Assembly: GCA_963674945.2 (NCBI GenBank)
Contig: CAXXWQ010000001.1
Coordinates: 96,001 to 160,000, forward strand
Source: an uncultured Desulfosarcina sp.
GTDB lineage: Bacteria > Desulfobacterota > Desulfobacteria > Desulfobacterales > Desulfosarcinaceae
Direction: 5' to 3'
Length of the DNA: 64,000 nt
Part shown: in pieces, positions 1 to 10,709 of the stretch
Layout of the letters: every line of letters starts with the position of its first letter
Numbering within the stretch: the first letter of the stretch is position 1
Notes under the pieces: generated by a model
Databases searched by the model: none
Seen by the model: only the letters and a program-made list of their open reading frames with translations
What the model was told of the DNA's origin: nothing
Position numbers and translations under genes: made by a program

Positions 1-3000
1 AAGACGACGCTGGTGAGCAGCTACCTGGAAACGAAAGGATCGCCTTGCCTGTGGTATCAGGCAGATGAAGGCGATGCCGACCCGGCAACTTTTTTTTACT
101 ATCTGGGACGCGCTGCAAAAAATGCCACCCCACGGAAACGAAAACCGCTGCCACTTCTAACACCGGAATACCTGTCCGGCTTGCCAACCTTCACCCTGCG
201 ATATTTTGAAAACCTTTTCCATCGTTTAGAGGCGCCCTCTTTTCTTGTTTTTGACAATTACCAGGATGTGCCGGTCGCGTCACCGTTTCACGAAGCGATT
301 CGCAACGGGCTTTCCAATATCCCTGCCGGTATCCATGTGATTCTGATCAGCAGGAGCGGGCCTCCCCCGGTTTTAATTCACATGCAGGCCAATAACCTGC
401 TGGAAATGATCGGATGGGAGGACCTTCGTTTGACCCTGGAAGAGTCGAGTGACATCGTCAAACTTCAGGCACGGCATGAAGTGTCGGCAAGAGATACAAA
501 GTATTTGCACACCATCACCGATGGATGGGTGGCCGGCCTGGTGCTGATGATAAAGACCGCAGAGGTGGAAAAGATTGACCCGCGCAAGTTCCATACGGTT
601 CCAACGGAACGGATTTTCGACTACTTTACCGGTGAGATTTTTGACAAGGCCGATGGGAAGATCCAGACATTTTTGCTCAAGACCGCCTTTTTGCCCAAAA
701 TGACAGCAAGCATGGCAGACAAACTAACGGGTATTGAATCTGCACATCGCATCCTCTCTCAATTGAATCGTAAGAACTACTTCACCGAAAGGCATTTTCA
801 CAGAAGCCCTGCCTTTGAATATCATCCTTTGTTCCGAGAGTTTCTCCTGTCCCGTGCAGAGCAGACATTTTCCCCGGAATATCTTTCGGATTTGCGCCGG
901 CGAGCAGCCGTCATCCTCGAGGGAGCCAGCCAGACAGAGGACGCCATCGATCTCCTGCGTGACGCCGGTGACTGGGAGAAGATGGTCGCATTGATCGTAA
1001 AACATGCACCGACAATGCTGGCGCAGGGCAGAAATCTTTTTCTGCAGCAACGGCTGTCCAAGATACCAAAAGATATTATCGAGAGTACTCCCTGGCTTCT
1101 TTATTGGATGGGTTGTTGCCGCCTTCCCTTTGATCCTTCGAAGAGTTTCCACTTTTTCGAGAGTGCTTTTAAATTGTTCAGAAAGCAAAAGGATGCAGCC
1201 GGAACCTTTCTGTCCTGGTCGTGGGGCGTCGATTCATTGTTTTTCTCCTGGAAATTCAGAGAGCTCGATAAATGGCTTCAAGTACTCGAAGAGATTTTGC
1301 AAACCTTCGAGAAGTATCCATCCAAAAAGATAGAAGGACGGGTGGCATCAAGTATGGTTCAGGCCCTGTGCATCAGACAGCCGCAGCGTCCCGATGTGGA
1401 TTTTTGGACGAAACGAGCGCTTTCATTGGGACGGGACAATAAGGACATAGAAGCCCGGGTGCGAACCTTAAGCGATGCTGCAATGTGTGCGTTTTTCAAA
1501 GGGGGGCTTCCGAAAGCAGTATCTTTTATTGCGTCCCTGAAGGAGCTGACAACGTCCTCGAATGTTTCTCATTTGGGTCAGATCGGCGCAAGGGTGGTAG
1601 AATCGAGCTGTTATCTGTTTACCAGTTCATTCAGAAATGGTAAGAAATCCGTATCCGAAGGCCTGAAATTATCCCAAACAACCGGCGTTCACATTATGGA
1701 TTTTATTTTGTTGGGAATTTCAGCCGAAATCGCCCTGGAAACAGATGACCTGAAGGCCGCCGGCAATGAACTTGAAAAAATGTCTTCTCTTTTGGACGAA
1801 GCCGCACCATTTCTGAAGTCCGGCTACCATTACGATAGAAGCAGGGAAGCCCTCATTCAGAACGATCTCACCCTTGCCGCGTATCATGCGAGGTTGGCCT
1901 CGGATCTGGCCGGAAAGACCGGACGCGGTGTTAACATGGGACTGTGCTGGCTAAGGGAAGCGACGATTCTGTACCGGTCGGGTAAGTATGAGCAAGGTAT
2001 CCGGCTTCAAAAAAATGCACTGGCGATTGCACGCCGCTCAAAAAGCAGAATTGTTGAAAGCAAGGCGTTGTTGACCGGAGCCTATTTCGTCCTGGACCGG
2101 GGAGATGAAACATCGGGTTTGGCGTTGCTTCGCGAGGCATTGGTCATGGCCAGAGAGCTGCGGTATTATTTCAGTCCCGATGATGACGCGGCCCTGACAG
2201 AACGACTCTGCACCATGGCCCTGGAAGCCGGCATCGAGGTTGACCATGTGCAAACGGTCATCCGAAAACGAAACCTTGTCCCGCATGATCCGCCCCTTCA
2301 TCTGGATAATTGGCCCTGGGCGATACAGATCTACACCCTGGGCCGGTTTGATATGGTGATCGATGGAAAAGCGTTTCCATTTCTCAGGAAAACCCAGAAG
2401 AAACCCCTTGAAATGCTCAAACTCATCGTCTCCTTTGGAGACGGACAGGAGGTCGGCAAGTCCCAATTGAGCGACATACTCTGGCCGAATGCGGATGGGG
2501 ACAACGCACAGCGATCCTTTGACACGACACTTTACCGTCTTCGCCAACTTTTGGGTCATGATACGGTGATTCATCTCCGGGAGGGCAGATTGTCCATCGA
2601 CCAGCGTTACTGCTGGGTGGACAGCATGGCTTTTGAACGCATCCTGAAACTGGCTGAAGCATACGCTGAAAAAGAAGACAGAAAAAACACCGTCCAATCA
2701 CTCGAGAAAGCCGTTTCACTTTACAGGGGCCCTTTTCTTGCCGGAGAAACGGATGCGCCATGGGCCATGTCCTATAACGATCGTTTGCGGAGTAAATTCT
2801 TGCGCTGCATCGAAAAGCTTGGAAATTACCTGGAAGAATCGGGTGCTTTGGATAGGGCGGTTGAATTTTTCCAGAAAGCCATTGAGGTAGACGATGTGGC
2901 CGAGATGTTTTACCGGCGTCTGATGATTTGCCTGAAGCAACTGGGACGCAAGACCGATGCGATGTCTGTCTATCAACGCTGCGAAAGAACACTTTCATCC

Positions 3001-3060
3001 AACCTTGAACTCGAACCTTCCCCTGAGACCATAGCAGTAAAGGAGTCTCTGTACGAATAA
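1..3060 (+). CDS. MalT-like STAND ATPase/TPR regulator with C-terminal OmpR-type HTH and BTAD (SARP-like); 5' end lies outside the window
   Basis: Frame is open from base 1 (KTTLVSSYL, the tail of a Walker A GKTTL). MalT-like motifs LVFDNYQD, GWVAGL and YHPLFREFL. C-terminus has IYTLGRF...LSDILWP...TLYRLRQLLG...WVD...LYRGPFL...E.FYRRLM, typical of wHTH+BTAD. Confidence 0.85.
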   Translation, partial: KTTLVSSYLETKGSPCLWYQADEGDADPATFFYYLGRAAKNATPRKRKPLPLLTPEYLSGLPTFTLRYFENLFHRLEAPSFLVFDNYQDVPVASPFHEAIRNGLSNIPAGIHVILISRSGPPPVLIHMQANNLLEMIGWEDLRLTLEESSDIVKLQARHEVSARDTKYLHTITDGWVAGLVLMIKTAEVEKIDPRKFHTVPTERIFDYFTGEIFDKADGKIQTFLLKTAFLPKMTASMADKLTGIESAHRILSQLNRKNYFTERHFHRSPAFEYHPLFREFLLSRAEQTFSPEYLSDLRRRAAVILEGASQTEDAIDLLRDAGDWEKMVALIVKHAPTMLAQGRNLFLQQRLSKIPKDIIESTPWLLYWMGCCRLPFDPSKSFHFFESAFKLFRKQKDAAGTFLSWSWGVDSLFFSWKFRELDKWLQVLEEILQTFEKYPSKKIEGRVASSMVQALCIRQPQRPDVDFWTKRALSLGRDNKDIEARVRTLSDAAMCAFFKGGLPKAVSFIASLKELTTSSNVSHLGQIGARVVESSCYLFTSSFRNGKKSVSEGLKLSQTTGVHIMDFILLGISAEIALETDDLKAAGNELEKMSSLLDEAAPFLKSGYHYDRSREALIQNDLTLAAYHARLASDLAGKTGRGVNMGLCWLREATILYRSGKYEQGIRLQKNALAIARRSKSRIVESKALLTGAYFVLDRGDETSGLALLREALVMARELRYYFSPDDDAALTERLCTMALEAGIEVDHVQTVIRKRNLVPHDPPLHLDNWPWAIQIYTLGRFDMVIDGKAFPFLRKTQKKPLEMLKLIVSFGDGQEVGKSQLSDILWPNADGDNAQRSFDTTLYRLRQLLGHDTVIHLREGRLSIDQRYCWVDSMAFERILKLAEAYAEKEDRKNTVQSLEKAVSLYRGPFLAGETDAPWAMSYNDRLRSKFLRCIEKLGNYLEESGALDRAVEFFQKAIEVDDVAEMFYRRLMICLKQLGRKTDAMSVYQRCERTLSSNLELEPSPETIAVKESLYE

Positions 3061-3099
3061 TCACATCGGCCCCATTTTTTTTCAATTTTTTTCCAATTC

Positions 3100-3117
3100 G
3101 TAAGTTATCTGTAAGTT
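3100..3117 (+). promoter_or_regulatory. GTAAGTT direct repeat at 11-bp period; candidate SARP/OmpR-type operator
   Basis: GTAAGTT at 3100-3106 and 3111-3117, immediately downstream of the SARP-like gene. Confidence 0.45.
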
Positions 3118-3587
3118 CCCATGTGTTATCTGCCGATAATATTCGTATCTTTTATTGTGACATGAATCACCTCTAATTTGTGGCGCAGATTACATCAGAC
3201 ATCTTTTGAACCGGATATGACAACAATACGGGTTCATCATTCAGGCACCGTCTGAAAACCCTGCACGCACAATAGACGATGAGCCGTGATTGTCGATCAT
3301 CAATTCACCTGCGGCGCCAATTTTCTTTCCTGCATGGACGGATAAAGCGAAAACCTGCAATCGAGCATATCCAGCGAATTTGAAAAACAATCAGTTGCGG
3401 TAAACGAAAGCCTCCTTCGTGCTCCCTGCCCGTAAACCGGGGGAGTGCCGCGCTTTGGGGGCGACCGGGTCGGAAGAAGCGGCATGTTCAGTATCTTTCG
3501 ACGATATCCATCGGTCATCCCGAATAAAAGGGCGATGATCGAAAGAATGGCGATGGATCAAACGTATTATGAAAAGGAGATTGCACC

Positions 3588-3896
3588 ATGAAAAAAAACC
3601 TTGACGTCATCGTTGCCATATTGACGCTGATATTCCTCGGTATGGCATTTTCGGCCTATGTGTTTGTCGAACCCGTAACGACGATTACACTTGTCGTTGG
3701 CGGTGTCTTATTGGCCATTGTGGCGCTGTACGGCGTTTTAATCAGCATTGCGGAACTGAAGCAAGGGCGTGAGGTGCAGCCGGTACAAACTGTGCGGATC
3801 CGGGATCAAAAAGAGACCCCGGCCAAAACGATGGTCTGGGAAGAGAAGGTTACGGCAGAGGAAACGCAGGAAGGTTTCGGCCTGTCGGCTTGCTGA
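3588..3896 (+). CDS. Small membrane protein (two TM helices), unknown function
   Basis: AAGGAG RBS before ATG; two hydrophobic segments followed by a polar tail. Confidence 0.7.
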   Translation: MKKNLDVIVAILTLIFLGMAFSAYVFVEPVTTITLVVGGVLLAIVALYGVLISIAELKQGREVQPVQTVRIRDQKETPAKTMVWEEKVTAEETQEGFGLSAC

Positions 3897-4052
3897 CAGT
3901 GCCATGGCATCGAATATCCATGGACAGGGGAAGTGCGGTCCGGTTTTAAGATTGTACTTCCAAGATGACGACGCATGAAAAAAGGCAAGGCCAGAAAATG
4001 ACCCTGCCTTGCTGTCGAATTATAGTTCCTGTTAGGAAGTTAATAGGGGCCT

Positions 4053-4208
4053 TTAATCACCACCGGCACGTTCTTGTGATGTCTGGCCGCCGCCATCGCT
4101 ACCTGTCGATCCCTGGCCTTTGTCTCCGCAGTTTTTATCTCCCCCTGCAAACGCCAGGGACGAAAACAGAAGCATAAAAGCCAATACAAACCCCATGACT
4201 CTCTTCAT
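4053..4208 (-). CDS. 51-aa secreted Gly-rich mini-protein (not in ORF track)
   Basis: MKRVMGFVLAFMLLFSSLAFA|GGDKNCGDKGQGSTGSDGGGQTSQERAGGD*; AAGGGG RBS; signal peptide with AFA cleavage site. Confidence 0.7.
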   Translation of the reverse strand: MKRVMGFVLAFMLLFSSLAFAGGDKNCGDKGQGSTGSDGGGQTSQERAGGD

Positions 4209-4571
4209 AGCAATCCCCTTTCTGGTTCATTGATCTTCGTCCATGAAAGACAGGAAAAATTGTAACCACTGCAATGAAATTGTCAAGATTCAACCGGCAG
4301 AGAACGAGACGAAAAACATGCTCATGCGTTGCCGTTCATCCCGTTTTTTGATCGTCCGGCGCGTTGGACGACGATGTGATTTAGAGCATGTGTTCCGTTT
4401 TGGTTAAAATCTCATCATAGAACTCAGCGGTCCCTGGGCGAACCCCATGCTCAGCAGCTGGGCGTTGAGATTCTGTGGGTCAAGCTTGGCTGCCGAATTC
4501 ATCGTCGCCGCCCTCCTGCCATTGGGCAGCCCGCCTTTGTGCATATCCTTCCCCTTGGGAATGCAATCTGC

Positions 4572-4862
4572 ATTCCCGGCTCTCTCGGATTCGACGTCGC
4601 GGCCAGAATCGGTTTCAACATTTTGCCCGGCAAAGTAGATGACGTCGCACGCAAACTCGCATCATTCAACATGTTGCATTTCCATGCCATAAGGGTGTGA
4701 CGGTATGATATCCTGGTCGGTGTACACTTACCGGATCTCCATGCACTTTCCGATTTCATCAGGGACATACTGGATAACATTCCGGAAATAACCAACAGCG
4801 AAAATATGATTTGCCTGGATATCGTAAAAAATCCCTTCGAGCTTGTCACAGCCGTTAATTGA
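4572..4862 (+). pseudogene. Lrp/AsnC-family ligand-binding (RAM) domain remnant, with no HTH and an in-frame TGA
   Basis: Translation IPGSLGFDVAARIGFNILPGKVDDVARKLASFNMLHFHAIRV*RYDILVGVHLPDLHALSDFIRDILDNIPEITNSENMICLDIVK. The TGA at 4698-4700 replaces the Gly of the G-x-YD motif. Confidence 0.6.
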
Positions 4863-5127
4863 TCAGAACGGATGTCGGCAGGCGAAAATCGGGACAGGCC
4901 CGCACCAACCGATCGACAGGTTCCGGATTACACACCCGGTTTCCTGTGATCGCACACAGGCTCTCCTATTATTCCGGCATGGTCGGTCCCGTTGGTGATA
5001 TTCATCACCTGGCGATTGGGGTTTCTTTTTTTTTATTGCTCTGATACCCACAGATATCTTCATAGATACGGAAATTTCGTTTGTAATTTTTGCAGCCAAA
5101 GACCAATGAAGAGGGAACAGACGATCG

Positions 5128-5994
5128 ATGAAAAAATTGCGTTATCACAATGTCATTTCATCCATTTTTTGGAATCTGTTGCTTTTGTCGGCCGGCTCCA
5201 TACTTTTCGGCTTCGGTCTCAAATCCATCGCGATTCCCCACGGCTTCATCACCGGCGGTATATCCGGGCTATCCCTGTTGATATTTTATGTCAGTGGAAT
5301 CCTATCGCCGGGAGTATGGTATCTGGTCGTCAACATTCCCATTTTTATCGTCGGGTGGGTTCATGTCAGCCGACGGTTTTTCTTTTACAGCCTGTTCGGC
5401 ATGGCAGCCATGTCATCGGCAATCGATCTTATCCAAATACGGTTTCCCGTTCATGAGCCGATGCTGGCCGTCCTTGCGGGCGGTGTTCTCATGGGGGCCG
5501 GATCAGGCATTATTCTTCACTCACTGGGATCGGCAGGAGGATTGGATATTATCGGCGTCGTACTCAATCAGAAGTACAGCGTCCGGCTGGGCACATTCTT
5601 TTTTACCTTCAATGTAGTACTCTTTCTGTCGAGCTTTGCCGCATTGGAGGCGGATCTCGTTCTTTACTCGTTGTTCATGAGCTTTATCTCATCTCAGACT
5701 CTTGACTACGTTCTCTCTTTTTCCAACCAGCGCAAACTGATATTTATCATATCCGACCACACCGACCGGATTGCCAAAACGATTCTTTCACGTCTCGGTC
5801 GCGGGGTTACCTTCTTAAACGGCGTCGGGGCCTATACCGGCACGGAGAAAAAAATCATTCTCACCGTCGTCCACAATTACCAGCTGAAACGACTGGAGGA
5901 GGCTGCGCTGGCAGTCGATCCGGAGGCGTTTGTTATCGTAGAAAACACGCTCAACGTTCTTGGAAAGGGGTTCGCCAAACGGAAAATCTATTAA
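5128..5994 (+). CDS. YitT family membrane protein
   Basis: GGISGLS, NIPIF and GSAGGLDII motifs; C-terminal RGVTFL.G.GAYTG...IL...DP.AF domain. Confidence 0.9.
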   Translation: MKKLRYHNVISSIFWNLLLLSAGSILFGFGLKSIAIPHGFITGGISGLSLLIFYVSGILSPGVWYLVVNIPIFIVGWVHVSRRFFFYSLFGMAAMSSAIDLIQIRFPVHEPMLAVLAGGVLMGAGSGIILHSLGSAGGLDIIGVVLNQKYSVRLGTFFFTFNVVLFLSSFAALEADLVLYSLFMSFISSQTLDYVLSFSNQRKLIFIISDHTDRIAKTILSRLGRGVTFLNGVGAYTGTEKKIILTVVHNYQLKRLEEAALAVDPEAFVIVENTLNVLGKGFAKRKIY

Positions 5995-6004
5995 GTCATC
6001 TCGT

Positions 6005-6637
6005 TCACTTTTCCGGTTGCAGAACCACCACTTCCATTTCCCCGGAAAGGGATTGCGCGAACAATGCTGCATCTTTTTCGCTGCCGACAATCGATCCGAA
6101 ATGCATGGGAATGACTGCGCGGGGCCTTATGGCACGGGCCGCCTGGATCGCTTCCTCGGCTGTCATGACATAGGTCCCGGACACCGGTAGCAGGGCGACA
6201 TCAACCTGGAAATCGTTCATCTCGGGAATAAAATCCGTGTCCCCCGCATGGTACACGCGCATTCCGTCGATTTCGACGATAAATCCCAGCCACCCTTTCG
6301 CCCTGGGATGAAATTTCTTATTGACATTATAGGCCGGCACGGCCGTGACCGTCACATCATCCATGGTCACGGCCTCACCAGGTGCGACGGTCCTCACGTC
6401 GCCCGAAAGTTTTTTCGCGGAATCCTTTTCCGTGATGATAATCGTGTCGTCGTTCTGAATGCGTGCGACGTCATCCGGTGAGCAATGATCATAGTGTTCG
6501 TGGCTGACCAGAATGATATCCGCTTTCCTGGTGGACGCGATCTGAAATGGATCAAAATAGATAGTTTTGGTGCCATCGATTCGAAATCCGTCATGTCCCA
6601 GCCACACGATGCTTTTTAAGAAATCATTTACTTCCAT
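6005..6637 (-). CDS. MBL-fold metallo-hydrolase
   Basis: WLGHDGF, SHEHYDHC, YHAGDTD and IPMHFG motifs; GGAGGAG RBS supports the ATG at 6637. Confidence 0.9.
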   Translation of the reverse strand: MEVNDFLKSIVWLGHDGFRIDGTKTIYFDPFQIASTRKADIILVSHEHYDHCSPDDVARIQNDDTIIITEKDSAKKLSGDVRTVAPGEAVTMDDVTVTAVPAYNVNKKFHPRAKGWLGFIVEIDGMRVYHAGDTDFIPEMNDFQVDVALLPVSGTYVMTAEEAIQAARAIRPRAVIPMHFGSIVGSEKDAALFAQSLSGEMEVVVLQPEK

Positions 6638-6707
6638 GTTTTCTCCTCCCGTTAAAAAGCGCTTTACAAAAATTTTCGAACGATGGAGCGAAGGGACATC
6701 AGATGCA

Positions 6708-6742
6708 TTCTGGCTTCTGAATTCTGTTTTCTGACTCCTGTG
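6708..6742 (+). repeat. Five degenerate tandem heptamers (TTCTGNN)
   Basis: ttctggc ttctgaa ttctgtt ttctgac tcctgtg, intergenic. Confidence 0.6.
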
Positions 6743-6812
6743 GCGCCTACGGTGATCGCAGTCCATTTTCCCCTTTTGCAAGGAGTCCAAAGCCGGTCCT
6801 CTGGATCCGGTC

Positions 6813-8372
6813 TTACTCCGGATACCCGGTAATTTCCCTGATCTTTTCGTAAAGCGGTTTCAGTCGTTTATACATCTTTTTGTAAACCTGGCGATAAAGG
6901 GTATCATACCGCCGGTGATTGGCCACATCGGGTTCGAACATATCGCCCAGACGGGTCATGGCACGGATGGCGCCGGGAAAATCGGGGTGAAGCCCCAATC
7001 CCACCGCGGCATCGATGGCGGCACCCAGGCCGGAGGTTTCGAAGACGCGGGGCCTTGCCGTGGGCAGACCGAAAATGTCTGCCGTCAGTTGCATGGCGCT
7101 GTTGCTCTGGGAGCCCCCTCCCGATACGCGCAATTGGGTGATGCGCACCTTGCTTTTTCTCTCGATCTTCTCTTTACCTTCTCTCAGGGCATAGGCGATG
7201 CCTTCCAGGATGGAACGATACATGTGGGCCCGGGTATGAACGTCCCCGAAGCCGATGATGGCGCCTTTGGCCTCGGGTCCGGGTGATTTGAGTCCCGGTG
7301 TCCAGTAGGGCTGAAGCACGAGACCCATGGCACCGGGCGGGATTTTTTCCACCAGGGGTTCGAAGAGTGCTTCGGGTTCGAGTCCCAGGTTGGCGGCCGC
7401 TTCCTTTTCCGGATGACCGAATTGTTCCTTGAACCAATTGACCATCCAAAAACCCCGGTAAACCTGTATTTCCACGCTATGGTACCCGGGAATGGCCGAC
7501 GGATAGGCGGGCAGAAGCGATACCGGTTCGAAATATTTCTCGCTGTTGATGTTGATGGTGGCCGTGGTTCCGTAACTCAAACAGCCGACGGAGGGCGAAA
7601 GACTGCCATTGCCGATTACCTCACAGGCCTTGTCGGCCGCCGTGGCGATCAGGGGCAACCCTTTGGGGATGCCGGTTGCCTCGGCCGCCCGGCCGGTGAT
7701 TTCCCCCAACACCTGTCCCGGGGAAACCAGTTCGGGCAGCATGGATCGGGATATGGGAAGACAACGCCATTTCCAGTCTCTCTTGCCGGCCCAGCGAAGC
7801 CGTTTGTAGTCAAAGGGCAGGTAGCCCACCTGTGTCCCCACCGAATCCACGAACCGACCGGTGAACTGGTAGGTCAGGTATCCGGACAGCAGGAGAAACC
7901 GGTATGTATCTCTCCACACTTCGGGCTGATAGGTGGCGATCCACGAGGCCTCCGCCTCACGGCGAAGGTAATCGATGGTATCGGAAAGCCCCAACACGTT
8001 GAAAAGAAACCCCCACCCGCCGCCCAACGGTCTCAGCCCATGGGTCTTGCGCTGGTCGGGCCATACGATGGCGGGCCGTAAGGGGCGGCCTTTTTCATCC
8101 ACATTGACCACCGTTCCCCGCTGGGTGGTCAGGGCCACACCGGCGATGCGTGATCGATCCACCTCTCCTCGTTGCCACAGCCCCCGGCAGGCGTCGCAAC
8201 AGGCCCGCCAGAAGACCTCGGGGTTCTGCTCCGCCCATCCCGGTTTCCTGGAAAAATAGGGCTCGATGGGAATCTGGACCTTGTCCAGCAATCGACCCGC
8301 CGGATCGAAAACCAGTGCCCGTACGCTCAGGGTCCCATTGTCGATGGCCAAGATCAGATCTGGCTGATGCAT
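6813..8372 (-). CDS. FGGY-family carbohydrate kinase
   Basis: [39 protein letters not shown] and GLGAA motifs. Confidence 0.9.
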   Translation of the reverse strand: MHQPDLILAIDNGTLSVRALVFDPAGRLLDKVQIPIEPYFSRKPGWAEQNPEVFWRACCDACRGLWQRGEVDRSRIAGVALTTQRGTVVNVDEKGRPLRPAIVWPDQRKTHGLRPLGGGWGFLFNVLGLSDTIDYLRREAEASWIATYQPEVWRDTYRFLLLSGYLTYQFTGRFVDSVGTQVGYLPFDYKRLRWAGKRDWKWRCLPISRSMLPELVSPGQVLGEITGRAAEATGIPKGLPLIATAADKACEVIGNGSLSPSVGCLSYGTTATININSEKYFEPVSLLPAYPSAIPGYHSVEIQVYRGFWMVNWFKEQFGHPEKEAAANLGLEPEALFEPLVEKIPPGAMGLVLQPYWTPGLKSPGPEAKGAIIGFGDVHTRAHMYRSILEGIAYALREGKEKIERKSKVRITQLRVSGGGSQSNSAMQLTADIFGLPTARPRVFETSGLGAAIDAAVGLGLHPDFPGAIRAMTRLGDMFEPDVANHRRYDTLYRQVYKKMYKRLKPLYEKIREITGYPE

Positions 8373-8586
8373 ACCGCTTCCGTTTCCATTGGTTGAGAAT
8401 TCATCGGTTCATCTTACCGCCAATCGAACCCAATCTCAAGTTCGTCATTCGTCGCTGCCTTTCCATGCAAACCGGATCATTCAGCGGTGCGATGCCACTT
8501 CTGCTTCGGTCCCGGTTGGGCGAACAGCGACTTTTTGCGAAGCCGTCAAACGTGAATGATGACAAAAGAACATGGATCATCGGTCA

Positions 8587-8612
8587 TGTATTAAAATATA
8601 TTTTTAAATACA
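8587..8612. promoter_or_regulatory. AT-rich near-palindrome in a divergent promoter region
   Basis: TGTATTAAAATATATTTTTAAATACA between the FGGY kinase and sensor genes. Confidence 0.3.
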
Positions 8613-8783
8613 AATATTTATCTGTACAAATGAGGTCGCGGCGATTGACAAGACGCATCCTGCCACGTTATTCTTTACCATTCGTATATCTTCTTCCCGT
8701 ATGACGCTGAGGGGGCAGTCAAGACCAGAACCAGATCACCTGCTACCGGATGTGCTCTGCCGCTGCATGGAATCGAGGGCCAT

Positions 8784-10709
8784 ATGCCATTGACGCGTTT
8801 GAGGCATATCTTTTCAGTCGCAATGCTTGCGATAGCGATGTCGCCGGCGTTTTCTGTCAATGCCGGTGGAGATGCCGCAGCGCTTTCCCAACGGACGCCG
8901 AAGCACATACTCATCCTCAATTCCCATTCTCCGGACCTGCCCTGGCAGCAGATCGTCAACCGATCCATCGTCGCCACTTTGGAAAATTCCCCCGATCTTT
9001 CAACGAAAATTCACACCGAGTTCACCGGTCTCGCGCAATATGGCGACCGGGCCTATACGGAAAAACTGGCCGAACTGTACCGCCATAAATATGCCGGCCG
9101 AAAAATGGATCTGGTCATATCCGTGGATAATCCGGCCACCAATTTCATACTCGACCACGGAAAAGCACTGTTTCCGGACGTACCGGTAGTGCTGATTTCC
9201 GAAGAGGACAAGATCAAAGGGCTCGTCCTGCGGCCCAACATGACCGGGCTTCTCTCGGAAATCGACGTGAGGGGAACGCTCGACCTCATTCTTCATCTGC
9301 ATCCGAACACCAAACAGATCGCCGTTATATCCGGGAGTTCCGAGACGGACCGGTTCTATGAGGAAAAGGCCCGGCGTGTCTTTCAAACGTACGTGGATCG
9401 TGTGAAATTCATCGATCTGACCGATCTTTCCATGGCCCGACTCATGGATGCGGGGCGGCGGCTTCCCGCCGACACCATCGCTTTGTATATCGTGACGCTG
9501 GTGGATAAATCCAAAGAGGCGTTTATTCCCAAACGGATTTTACCCCGGCTTTCCCGGGCCATCAATGCTCCTTTATACGGTCTGTGGGATACCTTACTCG
9601 GCAGTGGGATCGTGGGGGGGAGCCTGTCCAGCGCCGAGTTTGCCGGAAGGCGGGTTGCCGGGATGGGAATCGACATCCTGAAAGGAAAATCTCCGGAACG
9701 TATTCCCATCGTTTCCGGCTCAAATGCGTTCATGTTCGACTGGCGGCAGCTTCGACGCTGGAATATCGACGAAAATGATTTGCCTCCGGGGAGCGTGGTC
9801 CGATTCAGGGAGCCGTCGCTCTTTGATCTTTACAAGTGGCATATCATCGGCATCACGGGCTTTGTTCTGATCGAGACGCTGCTCATTTTCATTCTCCTGC
9901 TCCATCGCGCCAGGCGCCGCCAGGCGGAGAAATCCCTTCAAACGGCCCACGACGAGCTGGAGCATCGGGTAACGGAACGCACCGCCGAACTGACGGTGAC
10001 CAATGAGCGGTTACGAAAAGAAGTTGCCGAACGTATGGAAGCCCAGAAGGCGCTGGCCGATTCAGAGCGCCGGCTTACCGATATCATCAACTTCTTGCCT
10101 GATCCGACCTGGGCGATCGACATAGACGGGCGGGTGATCGCCTGGAATCTTGCCATGGAACGGTTGACCGGGGTCGACAAAAAGGAGATGATCGGCAAGG
10201 GTGACTACGCCTATGCGTTTCCGTTTTACGACAAGCCACGACCCGTATTGATCGACTTTTTACTTCATCCGCAAGAAGATTACGAGAAAGAATATCTGTC
10301 CATAAACAGGGAAGAAGAAGCCCGGATTATTTCAGGTGTGGCCTTTAATCCCGAAAGGGGTAAACGTGGGCAGTATCTGGCCGCCACGGCAGCCAAACTC
10401 TTCGATGCAAACGGTGATGTGGTCGGTGCCATCGAATCCGTGAGGGATATCACGAAAGACAAGCTTGCCGAGCGGGAGCGTGAACGCCTCATCGAAGAAC
10501 TGAAAGATGCAATCGGCAAGGTGAAGACCCTGAGCGGAATGCTGCCCATCTGTTCTTCCTGCAAGAAGATTCGGGACGACAAGGGGTATTGGAACCAGAT
10601 TGAATCCTATCTGGCGCGACATTCCGAAATCGATTTCAGCCATGGTCTGTGTCCCGAGTGCATGGACAAATTGTACGGCAATCAACCGTGGTATAAAAAA
10701 CGCAAATGA
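8784..10709 (+). CDS. Membrane sensor: periplasmic substrate-binding domain, TM, coiled coil, PAS, C-terminal Cys/His motif; no kinase domain
   Basis: Signal peptide; ILILNS...GIVGG...MFDWRQLRRWNI; TM helix; PAS (LPDPTWAID...WN); terminal LPICSSCKKIRDDKGYW...FSHGLCPEC. Confidence 0.85.
   Translation: MPLTRLRHIFSVAMLAIAMSPAFSVNAGGDAAALSQRTPKHILILNSHSPDLPWQQIVNRSIVATLENSPDLSTKIHTEFTGLAQYGDRAYTEKLAELYRHKYAGRKMDLVISVDNPATNFILDHGKALFPDVPVVLISEEDKIKGLVLRPNMTGLLSEIDVRGTLDLILHLHPNTKQIAVISGSSETDRFYEEKARRVFQTYVDRVKFIDLTDLSMARLMDAGRRLPADTIALYIVTLVDKSKEAFIPKRILPRLSRAINAPLYGLWDTLLGSGIVGGSLSSAEFAGRRVAGMGIDILKGKSPERIPIVSGSNAFMFDWRQLRRWNIDENDLPPGSVVRFREPSLFDLYKWHIIGITGFVLIETLLIFILLLHRARRRQAEKSLQTAHDELEHRVTERTAELTVTNERLRKEVAERMEAQKALADSERRLTDIINFLPDPTWAIDIDGRVIAWNLAMERLTGVDKKEMIGKGDYAYAFPFYDKPRPVLIDFLLHPQEDYEKEYLSINREEEARIISGVAFNPERGKRGQYLAATAAKLFDANGDVVGAIESVRDITKDKLAERERERLIEELKDAIGKVKTLSGMLPICSSCKKIRDDKGYWNQIESYLARHSEIDFSHGLCPECMDKLYGNQPWYKKRK

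Noticed and set aside
3520..3565. Resemblance to a c-di-GMP (GEMM) riboswitch (GGGC...CGAAAG.ATGG)
   Set aside because: The GCAAAC and GACGCAAAGC elements and the second stem are missing.
4698..4700. In-frame TGA as possible selenocysteine
   Set aside because: It aligns to a conserved Gly rather than Cys, and the gene lacks its N-terminus; a nonsense mutation is the simpler explanation.
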